A stretch of 62,364 bases of DNA, filler included, from Pirum gemmata (taxonomy: Eukaryota), in assembly GCA_002812295.1 (NCBI GenBank). It is 22 parts of 22 records of this genome, joined end to end, with 100 filler letters (N's around TTAATTAATTAA, not from the genome) between each part and the next. Parts side by side here need not be neighbours in the genome. Positions count along the whole stretch, not along the records: positions 22,475 to 24,950 come from PDIN01005982.1; positions 25,051 to 27,567 come from PDIN01005983.1; positions 27,668 to 30,185 come from PDIN01005984.1; positions 30,286 to 32,784 come from PDIN01005985.1; positions 32,885 to 35,400 come from PDIN01005986.1; 17 more parts are not named here. One strand, 5' to 3'. The notes under the pieces were generated by a model that saw nothing but the letters and a program-made list of their open reading frames with translations, made no database searches and had not been told where the DNA came from. The position numbers and the translations under genes were made by a program. This document shows, piece by piece, positions 22,716-34,640 of this stretch (within the stretch, counting starts at the first letter, position 1; each line of letters begins with the position of its first letter).

Positions 22716-24680
22716 TTAGTTCAGTCTTAATTCAGTTAAACTTTGAAGTCCATCCACTCTTTTCAGTCTCTTACATTCTCTTAAATTCAAATGCTTGAGG
22801 TTGATTAGGGGTTTCACTACGTCAACGCTTTCCAGCATTACACATTTTCTTAAATTTAACACAGTTAGTTCGATTAAACTTTGAATTCCATCTAAACTCT
22901 CCAGTTTCTGGCATCCTCTTAAATTTAACTCTTCGAGGTTGGTTAAAGTTTGAAGTTCAGCAACGCTTTCCAGCATTATACATCCTCTTAAATTCAACAC
23001 AGTAAGTTCAGTTAAGCTTTGAAGTCCATCCACGTTTTTCAGTTGCTCGCATTCTCTTAAATTTAATTGTTCGAGGTTGGTTAAATTTTGAAGTTCAACA
23101 ACGCTTTTCAGTATTCTGTATTCTCTTAAATTCAACACCGTAAGTTCAGTTAAGCTTTGAAGTCCATCCAAGTTTTTCAGTTGCTCGCATTCTCTTAAAT
23201 TTAATTGTTCGAGGTTGGTTAAACTTTGAAGTTCAGCAACGCTTTCCAGCATTATACATTTTCTTAAATCTAACGTAGTAAGTTTGGTTAAGCTTTGGAG
23301 TCCATTCACACTTTCCAGTTCCTCGCATTGTCGTAGAATTAAATGTTCAAGGTTGGTTAGGTTTTTTACTACATCAAGGTTATACACATAGCATTCTTTT
23401 AAATCTAAAATTTTAATATCAATTAAATTTTCAAACCCGATGAAATTATTAAAATCTAATATAAAACAACATTCTAAACACAACTCAATAAGGTTAGTTA
23501 AATTTGTAATTGCAGTTATATTGTCTAACTGTTCGTTATTAGTGAAATTTAGATAAGTAAGGTTTGTTAAATTTCTAAGTCCATTTCCATTTTCTAAATG
23601 ATAACAATTAGTTAAATCCAACGAGGTTAGTCCAGTTAAATTGTCGAGTCCTAAACTGGCGTCTAATGTTTCCAACCCTCTCCAATTATGCAAACTTAAA
23701 TCAACAGCGTTATTTGCAATAGCGTTATTAATCAAAATTTGGTTGTTATAAGAATGACAACCCTCTACACATACTTGTGTAAGTTCGGTCAAGTTTTCAA
23801 TTCCTGCTAAACTTTGTAATGATATGCAATTCTTTAAATTTAAAGAAACAAGGTTAGTTAAGTTTGTACAATCTTGAAGATCTTTTAGTCCAATGCAATT
23901 TTGACAGTTTAATACTTCTAGTTTGCTCAAATTTCCAAGTCCATGTAGAGTTTGCAAAGAAAAACAATCCTCCAAGTCTAAAGTAATAAGTTTAGTTAAG
24001 TTTTCAACATTTAGATAAGTAATGGTATAAAAAAAAAAATACTCTGCTAGATGAATGTTGTCTTCTTCTATAATATCATCGTTATGCACTTCATTCTTCA
24101 TTAATTTTAAATAAGTAAGGTTAGTTAAATTGGAAATGCCATTAACATTTTGTAAACTCTCACAACAACAAACTAGTAAAGTTTTTAAGTTTATTAGATT
24201 TTGAAGTAAATCTAAATCGTGTAGTGATTGACAATTATATAATTCTAAGAAAGTGAGGTTGATTAGATTCGGAAGAATACTATCCAGTCCAACTGTTATT
24301 GATTGCCAATTTTCTAAACTTAAATAAGTAAGTTTGGTTAACGTTGAAATAACATTACCATTTGAAAAATTGGGTAAATCGGTTAACTCTAAACGTTCAA
24401 GATTGGTTAAGTTCATCAGTCCATATACACAAGTTATTCTTTGACAACTTTCAATGAATAAAGAAGAAAGATTAGTTAAAGTGCCAACTGCATTTAAATT
24501 TGTTATTCGATCTTTACAATTCAAACGTGCCCGTTTTATTGAAGATTTAACTATTGGACTAAACATTTTATTACATTGTAGAAGTTTGAATTTAGTTTTT
24601 GATGAAATATTCTTACGTTGCCTACGAAGAACCAACCCTAATACTTGAAGTTTATTTCGATCCTCTTGAGTTAATATCAT
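22716..24680 (-). CDS. Intronless leucine-rich repeat protein (23-aa Cys-containing LRRs), possible F-box-like N-terminus
   Basis: 654-aa ORF with many LxxLTxLxxLNLRxCxxLxxxxG repeats. LRR coding continues in another frame to TGA at 22585-22587. Confidence 0.92.
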   Translation of the reverse strand: MILTQEDRNKLQVLGLVLRRQRKNISSKTKFKLLQCNKMFSPIVKSSIKRARLNCKDRITNLNAVGTLTNLSSLFIESCQRITCVYGLMNLTNLERLELTDLPNFSNGNVISTLTKLTYLSLENWQSITVGLDSILPNLINLTFLELYNCQSLHDLDLLQNLINLKTLLVCCCESLQNVNGISNLTNLTYLKLMKNEVHNDDIIEEDNIHLAEYFFFYTITYLNVENLTKLITLDLEDCFSLQTLHGLGNLSKLEVLNCQNCIGLKDLQDCTNLTNLVSLNLKNCISLQSLAGIENLTELTQVCVEGCHSYNNQILINNAIANNAVDLSLHNWRGLETLDASLGLDNLTGLTSLDLTNCYHLENGNGLRNLTNLTYLNFTNNEQLDNITAITNLTNLIELCLECCFILDFNNFIGFENLIDIKILDLKECYVYNLDVVKNLTNLEHLILRQCEELESVNGLQSLTKLTTLDLRKCIMLESVAELQSLTNLEQLNLRECEQLKNLDGLQSLTELTVLNLREYRILKSVVELQNLTNLEQLNLRECEQLKNVDGLQSLTELTVLNLRGCIMLESVAELQTLTNLEELNLRGCQKLESLDGIQSLIELTVLNLRKCVMLESVDVVKPLINLKHLNLRECKRLKRVDGLQSLTELRLN

Positions 24681-25131
24681 GATTAAAATTCGTTATAATA
24701 TATATATACTATATAATATTATAATGTTATACCGATTGTTATTATTATTATGAAAATAAAAGTAAATGTTTCAATTATGTAAGTGGAAACAGAATACAGT
24801 GATAATTGTAAAAATATTGATATTTATTGTATAAAATTTAATTATATTAATATTATATTTTATACTTTAATTTTAAAATAAATATTTTAAAAATAATAAT
24901 ATAATGATATTATATATAATAATTAAAATAATATAATAATAATAATAATANNNNNNNNNNNNNNNNNNNNNNNNNNNNNNNNNNNNNNNNNNNNTTAATT
25001 AATTAANNNNNNNNNNNNNNNNNNNNNNNNNNNNNNNNNNNNNNNNNNNNATTATTATTAATTATTATTATTTTTTTTATTAATTAATTATTATTATTAA
25101 TTATTATTATTATTATTATTATTATTATCAG

Positions 25132-26265
25132 GAAACGCTCTTTATTTTGTAGACGATAAAAATAAAAGTGTTCCATTTTATGTTTTTGCTTCTGATGGTA
25201 TCAATTATGATAGAGCTTACAAAAGACATATGTTGGTTACAGCTCCAGGGCAACGTGAAGCAGTTTTAGTACAATTTGAAAAAGCTGGTCAATATACTAT
25301 GATGATGGGACCGTTGAACGATTTCCAAGATGGTGGTGAATTTATTGGCTTAAAAAACCACAAAGGTGGTGCAGATAGTATATCCGAAAATGACCAAGTT
25401 TTCGCTTACTTCAACGTTAAAAGCGGTAAATCTAAACCAAACAATAACTTTTCAAAGTTAAAATTTACTCCAATGCAAAACATTGATAATGCGGTAATCA
25501 CCTCGCAAAAAGTTATTGATTTTGCCGTGGGAACTGTTTTGAACAAAGCTCCAGCAGCACAATATAATATTAATAATAAGTTATATAATATGACTGAAGT
25601 GGATTATAAAGCCAAATTTGGTGAAGCACAACAATGGATACTTTCTTCACCAATGAATTACTTTCATCCGTTTCATATTCACGTCAATCCCTTCCAAATT
25701 AAACATATAACTACTGGTCATATAGTAGGGGATTATTTAAAAAGCGTTACTATATTAGAAAATACAGAATACGATGAATTCCCAGACGTTCTTTTTAGAG
25801 ATGTAGCTTTGATTCCTCCATTCGGCCAAGTCGAAAGCTTACAACAATTTGGTCAATCTGCTGAATCTGGAAATAATCTTTCCTTATTTGGAAAATCTGT
25901 TTTGCACTGTCATTTTCGTAAGTTCCATATATATAAATATTTTACCATATATAGTTATATATAGTATATTATTATTGTTTTTATTGTTATTATTGTTTTT
26001 ATTGTTATTATTGTTATTAGATTATCATTTTAGTAATTTTAACCACCATTTATATATTTATTACTATTAATATATGGAAATTATTTTACCATATATGGAA
26101 ACACTTATTTATACGAACAAATATCAATATTGTTATTGTTATTATTGTTGTTATCATTCGATTGCCATTTTTGACAATTGTAGTGTCCGTTTATAGAATT
26201 GTTGCTTTTCCATGTATAGAAATTATTTTACCCTATTAATCCATTTATTTATACAAGCATATATA

Positions 26266-26314
<49 letters not shown>

Positions 26315-26448
26315 GAATCGCCATTTTTGGTGATTGCGTAACCATTTAACTTATATTATACTAACTTAATTTATTTTTAATTATTCAATTTTTAGTGGAC
26401 CATGAAGATCAAGGAATGATTAGTAACTTTATTATAGAAAAGAAATAA
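25132..26448 (+). CDS. Multicopper oxidase (laccase-like, bacterial-type), 3' part (2 exons)
   Basis: Exon 25132-25917 (FASDG...APGQR; HPFHIHVNPFQ; VLHCHF). Intron 25918-26395 (GTAAGT...CTAAC...TTTAG). Exon 26396-26448 completes HCHFLDHEDQGM, the T1/T3 copper-ligand motif. Stop TAA at 26446-26448. Confidence 0.93.
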
Positions 26449-27667
26449 ATGAAATATTAATGCTATAGTGTATAAAAATTATTATGATTATGATTTCAAT
26501 ATTGTCATTTTCATTATCATTATTGGGCACTTCACGATTCGAGAAGAAATAATTTCAAAATTAAAATTAAAATTAAAAAAAGAATGGTATGAAAGCTGCT
26601 ACAAAACAAATAAATATTATTCTTTCATTATTGTTTTATAAGATTTATTATTGCATTTATAGATTCATATATATATATATATATATATAATGACTCGTTA
26701 TGATTGTTTAGCAATATATATTTAAGTATTTTTTATTATTAGTAAATATTAACGAGCATTCTCAAAACAGATTTCGTTCTTTTTCTATTATTAATATCAC
26801 GGTCATTATTAATATTCTTATTGTTAGCGGCATTAGTTTTAGTGGTAGAAGTAGAAGTAGTGGTAGTCATCACAGTTGTAGTTATATCATTATTATCATT
26901 ACTATTATTATTATTATTATTCTTAAAATTAGTGTCAATAAAAGCAATGCAACCACGTTTAGCCACATTTTTTTTACTAGTTTTCTTATTGATTTTTTCT
27001 GTTTCTTGCAATACGCACAAGAGGAAGTTGAAGCATTTTGAAAATTATGTGCATCCGGTTTAAGCAATTAATTGACAGCTACAAAGAAAGTGTTTTACGA
27101 AGTTGTAATAGTACAACAACAATACAACACACACACATACACATACAGGTATACACATATAAATTATATAACTACACAGGCTGTATTAACGCACACATAT
27201 TGATAAATTAAACTATTTATAATTAATGTTTAAATATAAAAATAATAAACGAAAACATTTTTTTTATTTTTATTAATTTATAGAAGAATAAAACGTTTAC
27301 AACTACAAACAAAGTGTAATACAACAACTAATGGAACCCATTATTCAAATGAAAACTATCGATTTGAACCCAATCGATTAAAGTATTAAAAAGCCACTAA
27401 TCTAAACTATTTTTACCGTTTTTCGAATGAAAAAGACTATTTACATTTCGTTTTTTTCTGTTACCATAAAACACCATTCGGAAATTCGATCATAAGTTAA
27501 ATAAGCTCGAATGCCCTTATTGGACAAAAAAGAAGCTCTATATCAAGGTATATATATATATATATATNNNNNNNNNNNNNNNNNNNNNNNNNNNNNNNNN
27601 NNNNNNNNNNNTTAATTAATTAANNNNNNNNNNNNNNNNNNNNNNNNNNNNNNNNNNNNNNNNNNNN

Positions 27668-28430
27668 GTAGTCAATCCAGTTAAGAGCTAAAAAAAGAAA
27701 TTCTTTTTGTTTCTTTACAAATGTTAAACATTTCTATCACGTAGTTTACTGTAGTGTTATTGTACAAATTCAGTACTTAAACTAGGAATTGCCTTAACTT
27801 GTGCCGTAGTCAATCCAGTTAGAGCTAAAAAAAGAAATTCTTTTTGTTTCTTTACAAATGTTAAACATTTCTATCACGTAGTTTACTGTAGTGTTATTGT
27901 ACAAATTTAGTATTTAAACTAGGACTTGCCTTAACTTGTGCCGTAGTCAATCCAGTTAGAGCTAAAAAAAGAAATTCTTTTTGTTTCTTTACAAATGTTA
28001 AACATTTCTATTACCTAGTTTGCTGTAGTGTTATTGTACAAATTTAGTACTTAAACTAGGAATTGCCTTAACTTGTGCCGTAGTCAATCTAGTTAGAACT
28101 AAAAAAAGATATTCTTTTTGTTTCTTTACAAATATTAAACATTTCTATCACTAGTTCACTGTAGTGATATTGTATAAATTCGGTATTTCTATTTCCTAGT
28201 TTGCTGTAGTGTTATTGTACTGGTTCAGTAATTAAACTAAGAGAGTCTATGGGTTACGTAAACCTGTGCCATAGTCAAGGCAGTTAGAGTTAAAAAAACA
28301 ATTATTTTATTACTTTACAAATATGAAACATTAAATTTTCTATCACCAACTTTACTGTAGTGTTATTGTACAAATTCAGTAATTAAACTAGGAGTTATCT
28401 TAACCTGTGCCGTAGTCAAGCCAGTTAAAG
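27668..28430. repeat. ~137-bp tandem repeat derived from the 3' end of the adjacent propeller gene
   Basis: GTAGTCAATCCAGTT at 27668, 27806 and 27943, variants at 28080 and 28271, and the gene's own copy at 28412. Confidence 0.9.
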
Positions 28431-29369
28431 CTAAAGGCAAATCAATCGTTCGACTTCTATATTCCATTTTGCCGTTTTCTAACAAAGCAATTGTGTTTAC
28501 GACTGTGCTACCAATTGGCCGTATATTAGAGCCAGTTTCAGGGTTAGCTTCGGCGCTGTTTATTACATTGATTTCCGCTAAATACAGATACTTCCCATCC
28601 GCTGAAATCTTAGCGTCTAAGGCAGCAGATGGTGCTACTGACGGAAACGTACCATTGCTTAAAAAGTTAAATTGAGCATCAAGTATAGGGTCAGACCCCC
28701 CAACAAAAGGTCTTTCTAACTGAAAGGCTAACTGTAAAGATCCATCTTCTTTAACAAACCATGATTCCAACTGTAATCTGGCAGAAATAACATACAAATA
28801 ACGGTTGCGATAATCTGTCCAACAAGCGTCAGGAGTTATACTTTGACTAACTGCACCTGTAGGAATTAACTTACTAGTGCTGCTGTCTAATTTATAAGAG
28901 ATTAAGCTAGAGAATAGTGGGAAAAGGCGTTGGGTAAACAATAAGTTAGCTGACACAGCAACGTAAAACCCCCTTCCTACATCTTCCACGGCAAAGGTAA
29001 TACCCCTATCATCGTGATATAGATCTTCTAAAGTAACTAAGTTTAACTGTAGCTGTTTGTGATCATGAGTATTATAATATCGGTTAACGTTATTGTAGTG
29101 ATGATTGTAACGTGAAGAAGTATAATCATAATTGAATCGATAACTCATTACTCCTTTATCTTTGGAACCAACAATAACTGTAAGGTTGTCATCTGAAAAA
29201 GATATTTCTGAAGGTGTTTGGCGGTATATGAAGCGGTTAGGGTCGGGGTCCCGAGGTACGTCGGCTTTCACTACAGGAATCAATTTTTCGTTAGATGAAA
29301 TATAGTAACATTGGATACTGGAAATATTTTGTGCAAAACCACCGCAATTCAGAGCGCATACTTTTTTAC
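28363..29369 (-). CDS. Lactonase-like beta-propeller protein (6-phosphogluconolactonase / 3-carboxymuconate cyclase-like), terminal exon
   Basis: Acceptor AATAG at 29370-29374, then an open frame: GKKVCALNCGG...TPSEISFSDDNLTVIVGSK...DACWTDYRNRYLYV...ALDAKISADGKYLYL...FVQ*. The blade motifs (FSxD, SADGKYLY, ACW) are typical of this family. Confidence 0.75.
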
Positions 29370-29370
29370 C

Positions 29371-29406
<36 letters not shown>

Positions 29407-29676
29407 TATTATTATTATTATTAACAATACTAATAAGTTGCAGAGGGGAATAATAGTATTAATTATTTAAAAAATACAAAAGAAAGACTATAAATCAGCT
29501 AATCAATATGACTATGATCATAACAATAATAATATGATGAATTTCATTGTATAAATATATAATTGATGGAAATAAAAAAAGTAAAACAAAAAGCAAAAAT
29601 TAATAAAACAACAATAATTATGCACATTTCAATCATAAATTTATTTTATTTTATTCTTAAAAAAAGCAAATTGCAA

Positions 29677-30185
29677 GAAATTCTTTGTTACTTTACAAAT
29701 GTTAAACATTTCTATCACGTAGTTTACTGTAGTGTTATTGTACAAATTCAGTACTTAAACTAGGAATTGCCTTAACTTGTGCCGTAGTCAATCCAGTTAG
29801 AGCTAAAAAAAGAAATTCTTTTTGTTTCTTTACAAATGTTAAACANGTAGTCAATCCAGTTAAGAGCTAAAAAAAGAAATTCTTTTTGTTTCTTTACAAA
29901 TGTTAAACATTTCTATCACGTAGTTTACTGTAGTGTTATTGTACAAATTCAGTACTTAAACTAGGAATTGCCTTAACTTGTGCCGTAGTCAATCCAGTTA
30001 GAGCTAAAAAAAGAAATTCTTTTTGTTTCTTTACAAATGTTAAACATTTCTATCACGTAGTTTACTGTAGTGTTATTGTACAAATTTAGTATTTAAACTA
30101 GGACTTGCCTTAACTTGTGCCGTAGTCAATCCAGTTAGAGCTAAAAAAAGAAATTCTTTTTGTTTCTTTACAAATGTTAAACATT
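29677..30185. repeat. Second block of the ~137-bp propeller-3'-end repeat
   Basis: Units at 29784, 29847, 29985 and 30122. The stretch 29847-30185 duplicates 27668 onward and begins at a single-N join. Confidence 0.85.
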
Positions 30186-31407
30186 NNNNNNNNNNNNNNN
30201 NNNNNNNNNNNNNNNNNNNNNNNNNNNNNTTAATTAATTAANNNNNNNNNNNNNNNNNNNNNNNNNNNNNNNNNNNNNNNNNNNNAAAAAAAAAAAAAAA
30301 AAATACATGGGGGTAGAATGTTAGGGGGAGAATATTATATAACCCAAAAAAATAATAATAACCCAAAAATGTATTTTTTAAAAAAAAAAAACTACTGCCG
30401 CATAAAAAATTAATAAGAAATTATTTTTTTTGTAGACTTCTTTTCTAAAAACCTTTTTAAAAAATAATAACTAGCCAAATTATTATTAAAAACTGGCCAT
30501 TGGTTCATAATAGAGTTTTTTTAGTTATTTAATTTCTAACATTTCGATAGTATTTTTATTAAAATTGGACAAATTTAAGACTTCGTCAGATTTTGAGCTC
30601 ATACAGCGGATTTTGCAGTTTTATCCACCATGGGTGTTTAAAAATCATAATTATAATATAATAAAATAATAATTATAATAGCTATTATAATAATAATAAT
30701 TTCAGATAATAATCTATAAGTTACCAAAAAGGATTTTTCTGAAAGTAATAAAAAAGATAACAATATTACATAGATTATAATAATAATAATAATAACAATA
30801 ATTTTGGAAAATTTATAAAAATATGAACCTACTACGTATACTATTGGAAGGGTGGTTTTTTGTTTTTCATCGAAAAGTTATTAATAATAGTTCAGTTTGT
30901 TGTATATACGCTAAATTTAGGATTTTTTCTGTGTGTGGACTATTCATTTTTGTTGTTGTTATTGTGTTATGTATGTTGTGTTGTTGTGTATGTTATGTTG
31001 TGATATGTTGTTGTTATTGTGTTATGTATGTTGTGTTGTTGTGTATGTTATGTTGTGATATGTTTGTTTTTGTTTGTGTGTATGTTATATTTATGTTTTC
31101 TTGTTGTTGGATATTATGGTGCTGATAACGTGTTGTGTTTTGAGTGTCGTGTGTGTGTGTTGTGATAATTGGTAATTAATGTTATTTTGCTATTTAATTA
31201 TTATTTATTATTATTTTTCTTTGTTTTACATATTTTAAAGATATAAATGTTGAACACAACGAATCACACAGCGCAATATATAATAAAATATACCAACTTA
31301 AATGAAATTGATTTATATTATGTTAATTTGGTACTATTTATTGTATATTTTATGATGACAAAAGAACTGAAAAGCACTATAATATAATTATAATATTAAT
31401 TAAAATA

Positions 31408-31660
31408 ACCAAGCCGGATATAAAACTGTAGAAATCATTTTTTTAGACTTTTTTCTAAAAACCTTTTTATTAATTAAAATGATTTATCTACTCAAATTAT
31501 TTTAAATATTAACCATTGGTTCATAATATGATATATTCTTAGTTTTCTCAAGATTTGGCAGTGCTTTTAAAATTAAACTGTGCTTTCATTAAAATTGCAT
31601 CATTTTGAGATTTTTTGGATTTTTTAGCTCATATATGATGTCGCCATTTTTATTTATAGA
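31408..31660 (-). mobile_element. MITE family H
   Basis: Reverse-orientation match to 40709-40921 (TIR ACCAAGCCGGATAAAA ... TTTTATCCGGCCTGG). Diverged copies at ~30390-30630 and ~14270-14370. Confidence 0.65.
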
Positions 31661-31681
31661 GTTTTATAGACTAAATACAGG

Positions 31682-31887
31682 TATCGTGTTTTGCAATAGT
31701 GTTGTCCAGTTCAGAAACTAAAACTGAAAATTGAAATAAACGTACCAATTTCTTATTATGGCTAAACTATCAGACATGTTTCAATTAATTTGGTAATTTA
31801 TACTTTTAAAATATTGTATTATATAAACAAGGTAGACGTCATCAATTAAACACTTTTAAACAGACAACTGTAATAAAATAGACGATA
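31682..31887 (-). mobile_element. MITE family E (~205 bp, TA-flanked)
   Basis: Ends TA|TCGTGTTTTGCAATAG ... CTGTAATAAAATAGACGA|TA. Related copies at ~10475-10600, 37087-37464, 42715-42850, 47348-47545, 49330-49470 and 55165-55243. Confidence 0.75.
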
Positions 31888-32928
31888 GCAATTATATTAA
31901 TATTAATACGACCCACTCACAAAAAAGCATTAAATTTCAAAATATTAATTCTCACACAGAATAAAATAGACGATGGCAATTATATTAATATTAATACGAC
32001 CCACTCACAAAAAAGCATTAAATTTCAAAATATTAATTCTCANCGATGGCAATTATATTAATATTAATACGACCCACTCACAAAAAAGCATTAAATTTCA
32101 AAATATTAATTCTCAACAAAATCTATATTATAACCAGATGTTATAACAACAAAAATACAAAAAACTATATTAATTAATATATATAATTATAATTATATGT
32201 TATTAAATTAAAAACACATAATGCGCGAAATCCAAGACTTAGTTTATAATTAACAACTACAAGTGTATCCTTATGAGCGTATATTTAACAATATACCTAT
32301 CATAGCAAGTGTAAATAACGTGTGCTATTGTGTTTAATACTGAGTGATATTAGTGTTTGTTTTGATACTGTGTGGTGCCAAACTGTAAAATTTAATAAGC
32401 TTGTGTAAGTCCTGCGTGAAACTGTAAATAGCTATATAGGCTTGTATAAGTCCTGTGTGTGTATGATATTGGGTGATATCAGTTTGTTTGTGTGTTGCTG
32501 TACTGTCTGTACACGTGTGTGGTAACAAGTTTGTAAGTTTGTAAAGGCATTAAAATTTCGTTGTTTTAGTTTAATTTTAAAATAAAAATATACACTTGTG
32601 TGTGGTAATCAAAAGAGTGAAATCCCAAATCAATATGATACCTTAATTAACCTTATTAGCTAAGCAATTACATGTAATAGTATAGTGCTTTTCAGTTGTT
32701 TTATCATTATAAAGTATACAATAAATAGTACCAAATTAATACAATATAAACCCATTTAGTTTAATTTGGTATATTTTATTATTTNNNNNNNNNNNNNNNN
32801 NNNNNNNNNNNNNNNNNNNNNNNNNNNNTTAATTAATTAANNNNNNNNNNNNNNNNNNNNNNNNNNNNNNNNNNNNNNNNNNNNTTTTGTTGTTTTGTTG
32901 TTTTGTTGTTTTGTTTGTTTTGAAAAAG

Positions 32929-33951
32929 ACTCAAATCATTTCCATGATATTATTGGGTATAGGTTGTGCTTTTGGTTTGATCCCCACTCTTCCATTGATG
33001 CAAGAAAGTAAGTTCTTAATTTTATTGTATAGCATCGGTATGAAGATTTACCGCTTTCTTAATGAAAAGCATGACCTATTGATTAATGTAGCTGTATGTC
33101 GTAATTTTTTGATTATAAGTAAATATATTTTTGTTGATTTGTTTTTCAAGTTTCGTGGAATCTGCACTAACGCTTCGTATATATATATATATGCCCTTTC
33201 TATTATTATACCTAGGCACCAAGCATCTAGGACCAGATGCAATTCTGTATTCGGCATCCCTGTTTAACTCATTTCTTTCGATTGGAGAGGTAAATAGTTC
33301 CATCGCCACTATATTCTTAATCTACATTAAACCAGCATCGTAATACAATCTATGATTTATGTAATGAACATTGTTCATTTTTTCACCTAATGTCATTTTG
33401 TTTTTCAAAATGTTAAATAAATATTTTTCTTTTTTTTTATACCTAATGACTATCTTTTATTTTGCTTTTTTGCTTTTTTTAGGGATCTGGACCATTTTTG
33501 GGGGGTGTTCTTGTAAACAAGCTTGGATTTCGATATGGGTCCTTTGTGTTTGGTGCTGTATTATTAGCCTATGGTGCTTTATTGTTAATTTTATGGTTAT
33601 CTGGATGCTTCTCTGTTGTACAACTCGATGAAGAGGAAGCAGAGTTCGTTGAACGTAATAATATGTAGATATCTGTAGTATTATTTAATTATTGCTGTTT
33701 TTCATTTCGTTAATATAACTCTTTCTTTTTTTAGCTCTAGTTGAACATCCGCCTCTTGTTAAAAGGAGTACTATTATGAGGTCTGTTTCTCGCGACGCTT
33801 CTTTTCTAGGTTATAGAGTAAGTCTTTTTAAAGTTTTGTTTTTTTTTTATTCGTTTTTCATTTTGTGCTTTTAAGAATTTTTAAGTTAGAATTTATTAAC
33901 TTTTCTATGCCTTTCTATACTTTCTACTGTACACAGGCAAGTTTGAACTGA
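32929..33951 (+). CDS. Major facilitator superfamily transporter (SLC18B1/vesicular amine transporter-like), C-terminal 5 exons
   Basis: Exons 32929-33007, 33216-33289, 33483-33654, 33735-33817 and 33937-33951, all GT-AG and in phase. They give TQIISMILLGIGCAFGLIPTLPLMQES...SASLFNSFLSIGEGSGPFLGGVLVNKLGFRYG...YRASLN*, matching MFS TM10-12 (GPxLGGxL..GF). Confidence 0.88.
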
Positions 33952-34106
33952 AATAGCGCTGTCAACTTCATTCCGACATTGACTCTATCTTTATAAATTC
34001 AACCAAGAAATTTCTTTTTCTTTTTATTGCCTGTGTATTTTTATACCTGTTTGGTCTTGCAGAGTGTCATTGCATTAAAGAAATAGCACTATTTTTAACT
34101 TTACCT

Positions 34107-34640
34107 TATACATAAGAGATATTTGTTTATTGAAAATTCCCTAAAAACAATGAGGTCTCTTAAATTAGATTTTGGATATGAAAAAACCTTGAATTTAAAC
34201 TTAATATATATTCTTAGCTAATGTCAAATTTATGCATAATATACAACCCCTATACATAAGAGATATTTGTTTATTGAAAATTCCCTAAAAACAATGAGGT
34301 CTCTTAAATTAGATTTTGGATATGAAAACCTTGAATTTGAACTTAATATATATTCTTAGCTAATGTCAAATTTATGCATAATATATATGATTTGATCAGT
34401 GCTCGATTTTTCGAACAAATCTACACCAAGTTTACATCAAATGTTGATATTTGTTTATTAAAAATTACCTAAAAACAATGAGGTCTCTTAAATTAGATTT
34501 TGAATATGAAAACCTTGAATTTGAACTTAATATATATTCTTAGCTAATGTTAAATTTATGCATAATATATATAATTTGATCAGTGCTCGATTTTTCGAAA
34601 TCTGCTTTGAAAGATCTACATTAAGTTTACATCAAATGTC
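34107..34640. repeat. Three-copy tandem repeat (periods ~144 and ~185 bp)
   Basis: GATATTTGTTTATT...AACAATGAGGTCTCTTAAATTAGATTTTG at 34118, 34262 and 34447. Confidence 0.85.

Noticed and set aside
26947..27548. Signal-peptide-like ORF MQPRLATFFLLVFLLIFSVSC and a downstream exon-like segment
   Set aside because: No splice-consistent open frame could be built and there are multiple stops. Possibly a decayed gene, but not supportable.
16642..30185. Apparent gene cluster (kinase, protease, LRR, oxidase, lactonase)
   Set aside because: Each gene is on a different linker-separated contig, so the adjacency is an artefact of concatenation.
31870..32115. ~90-bp tandem triplication
   Set aside because: Identical copies around a single-N join suggest a scaffolding overlap artefact.
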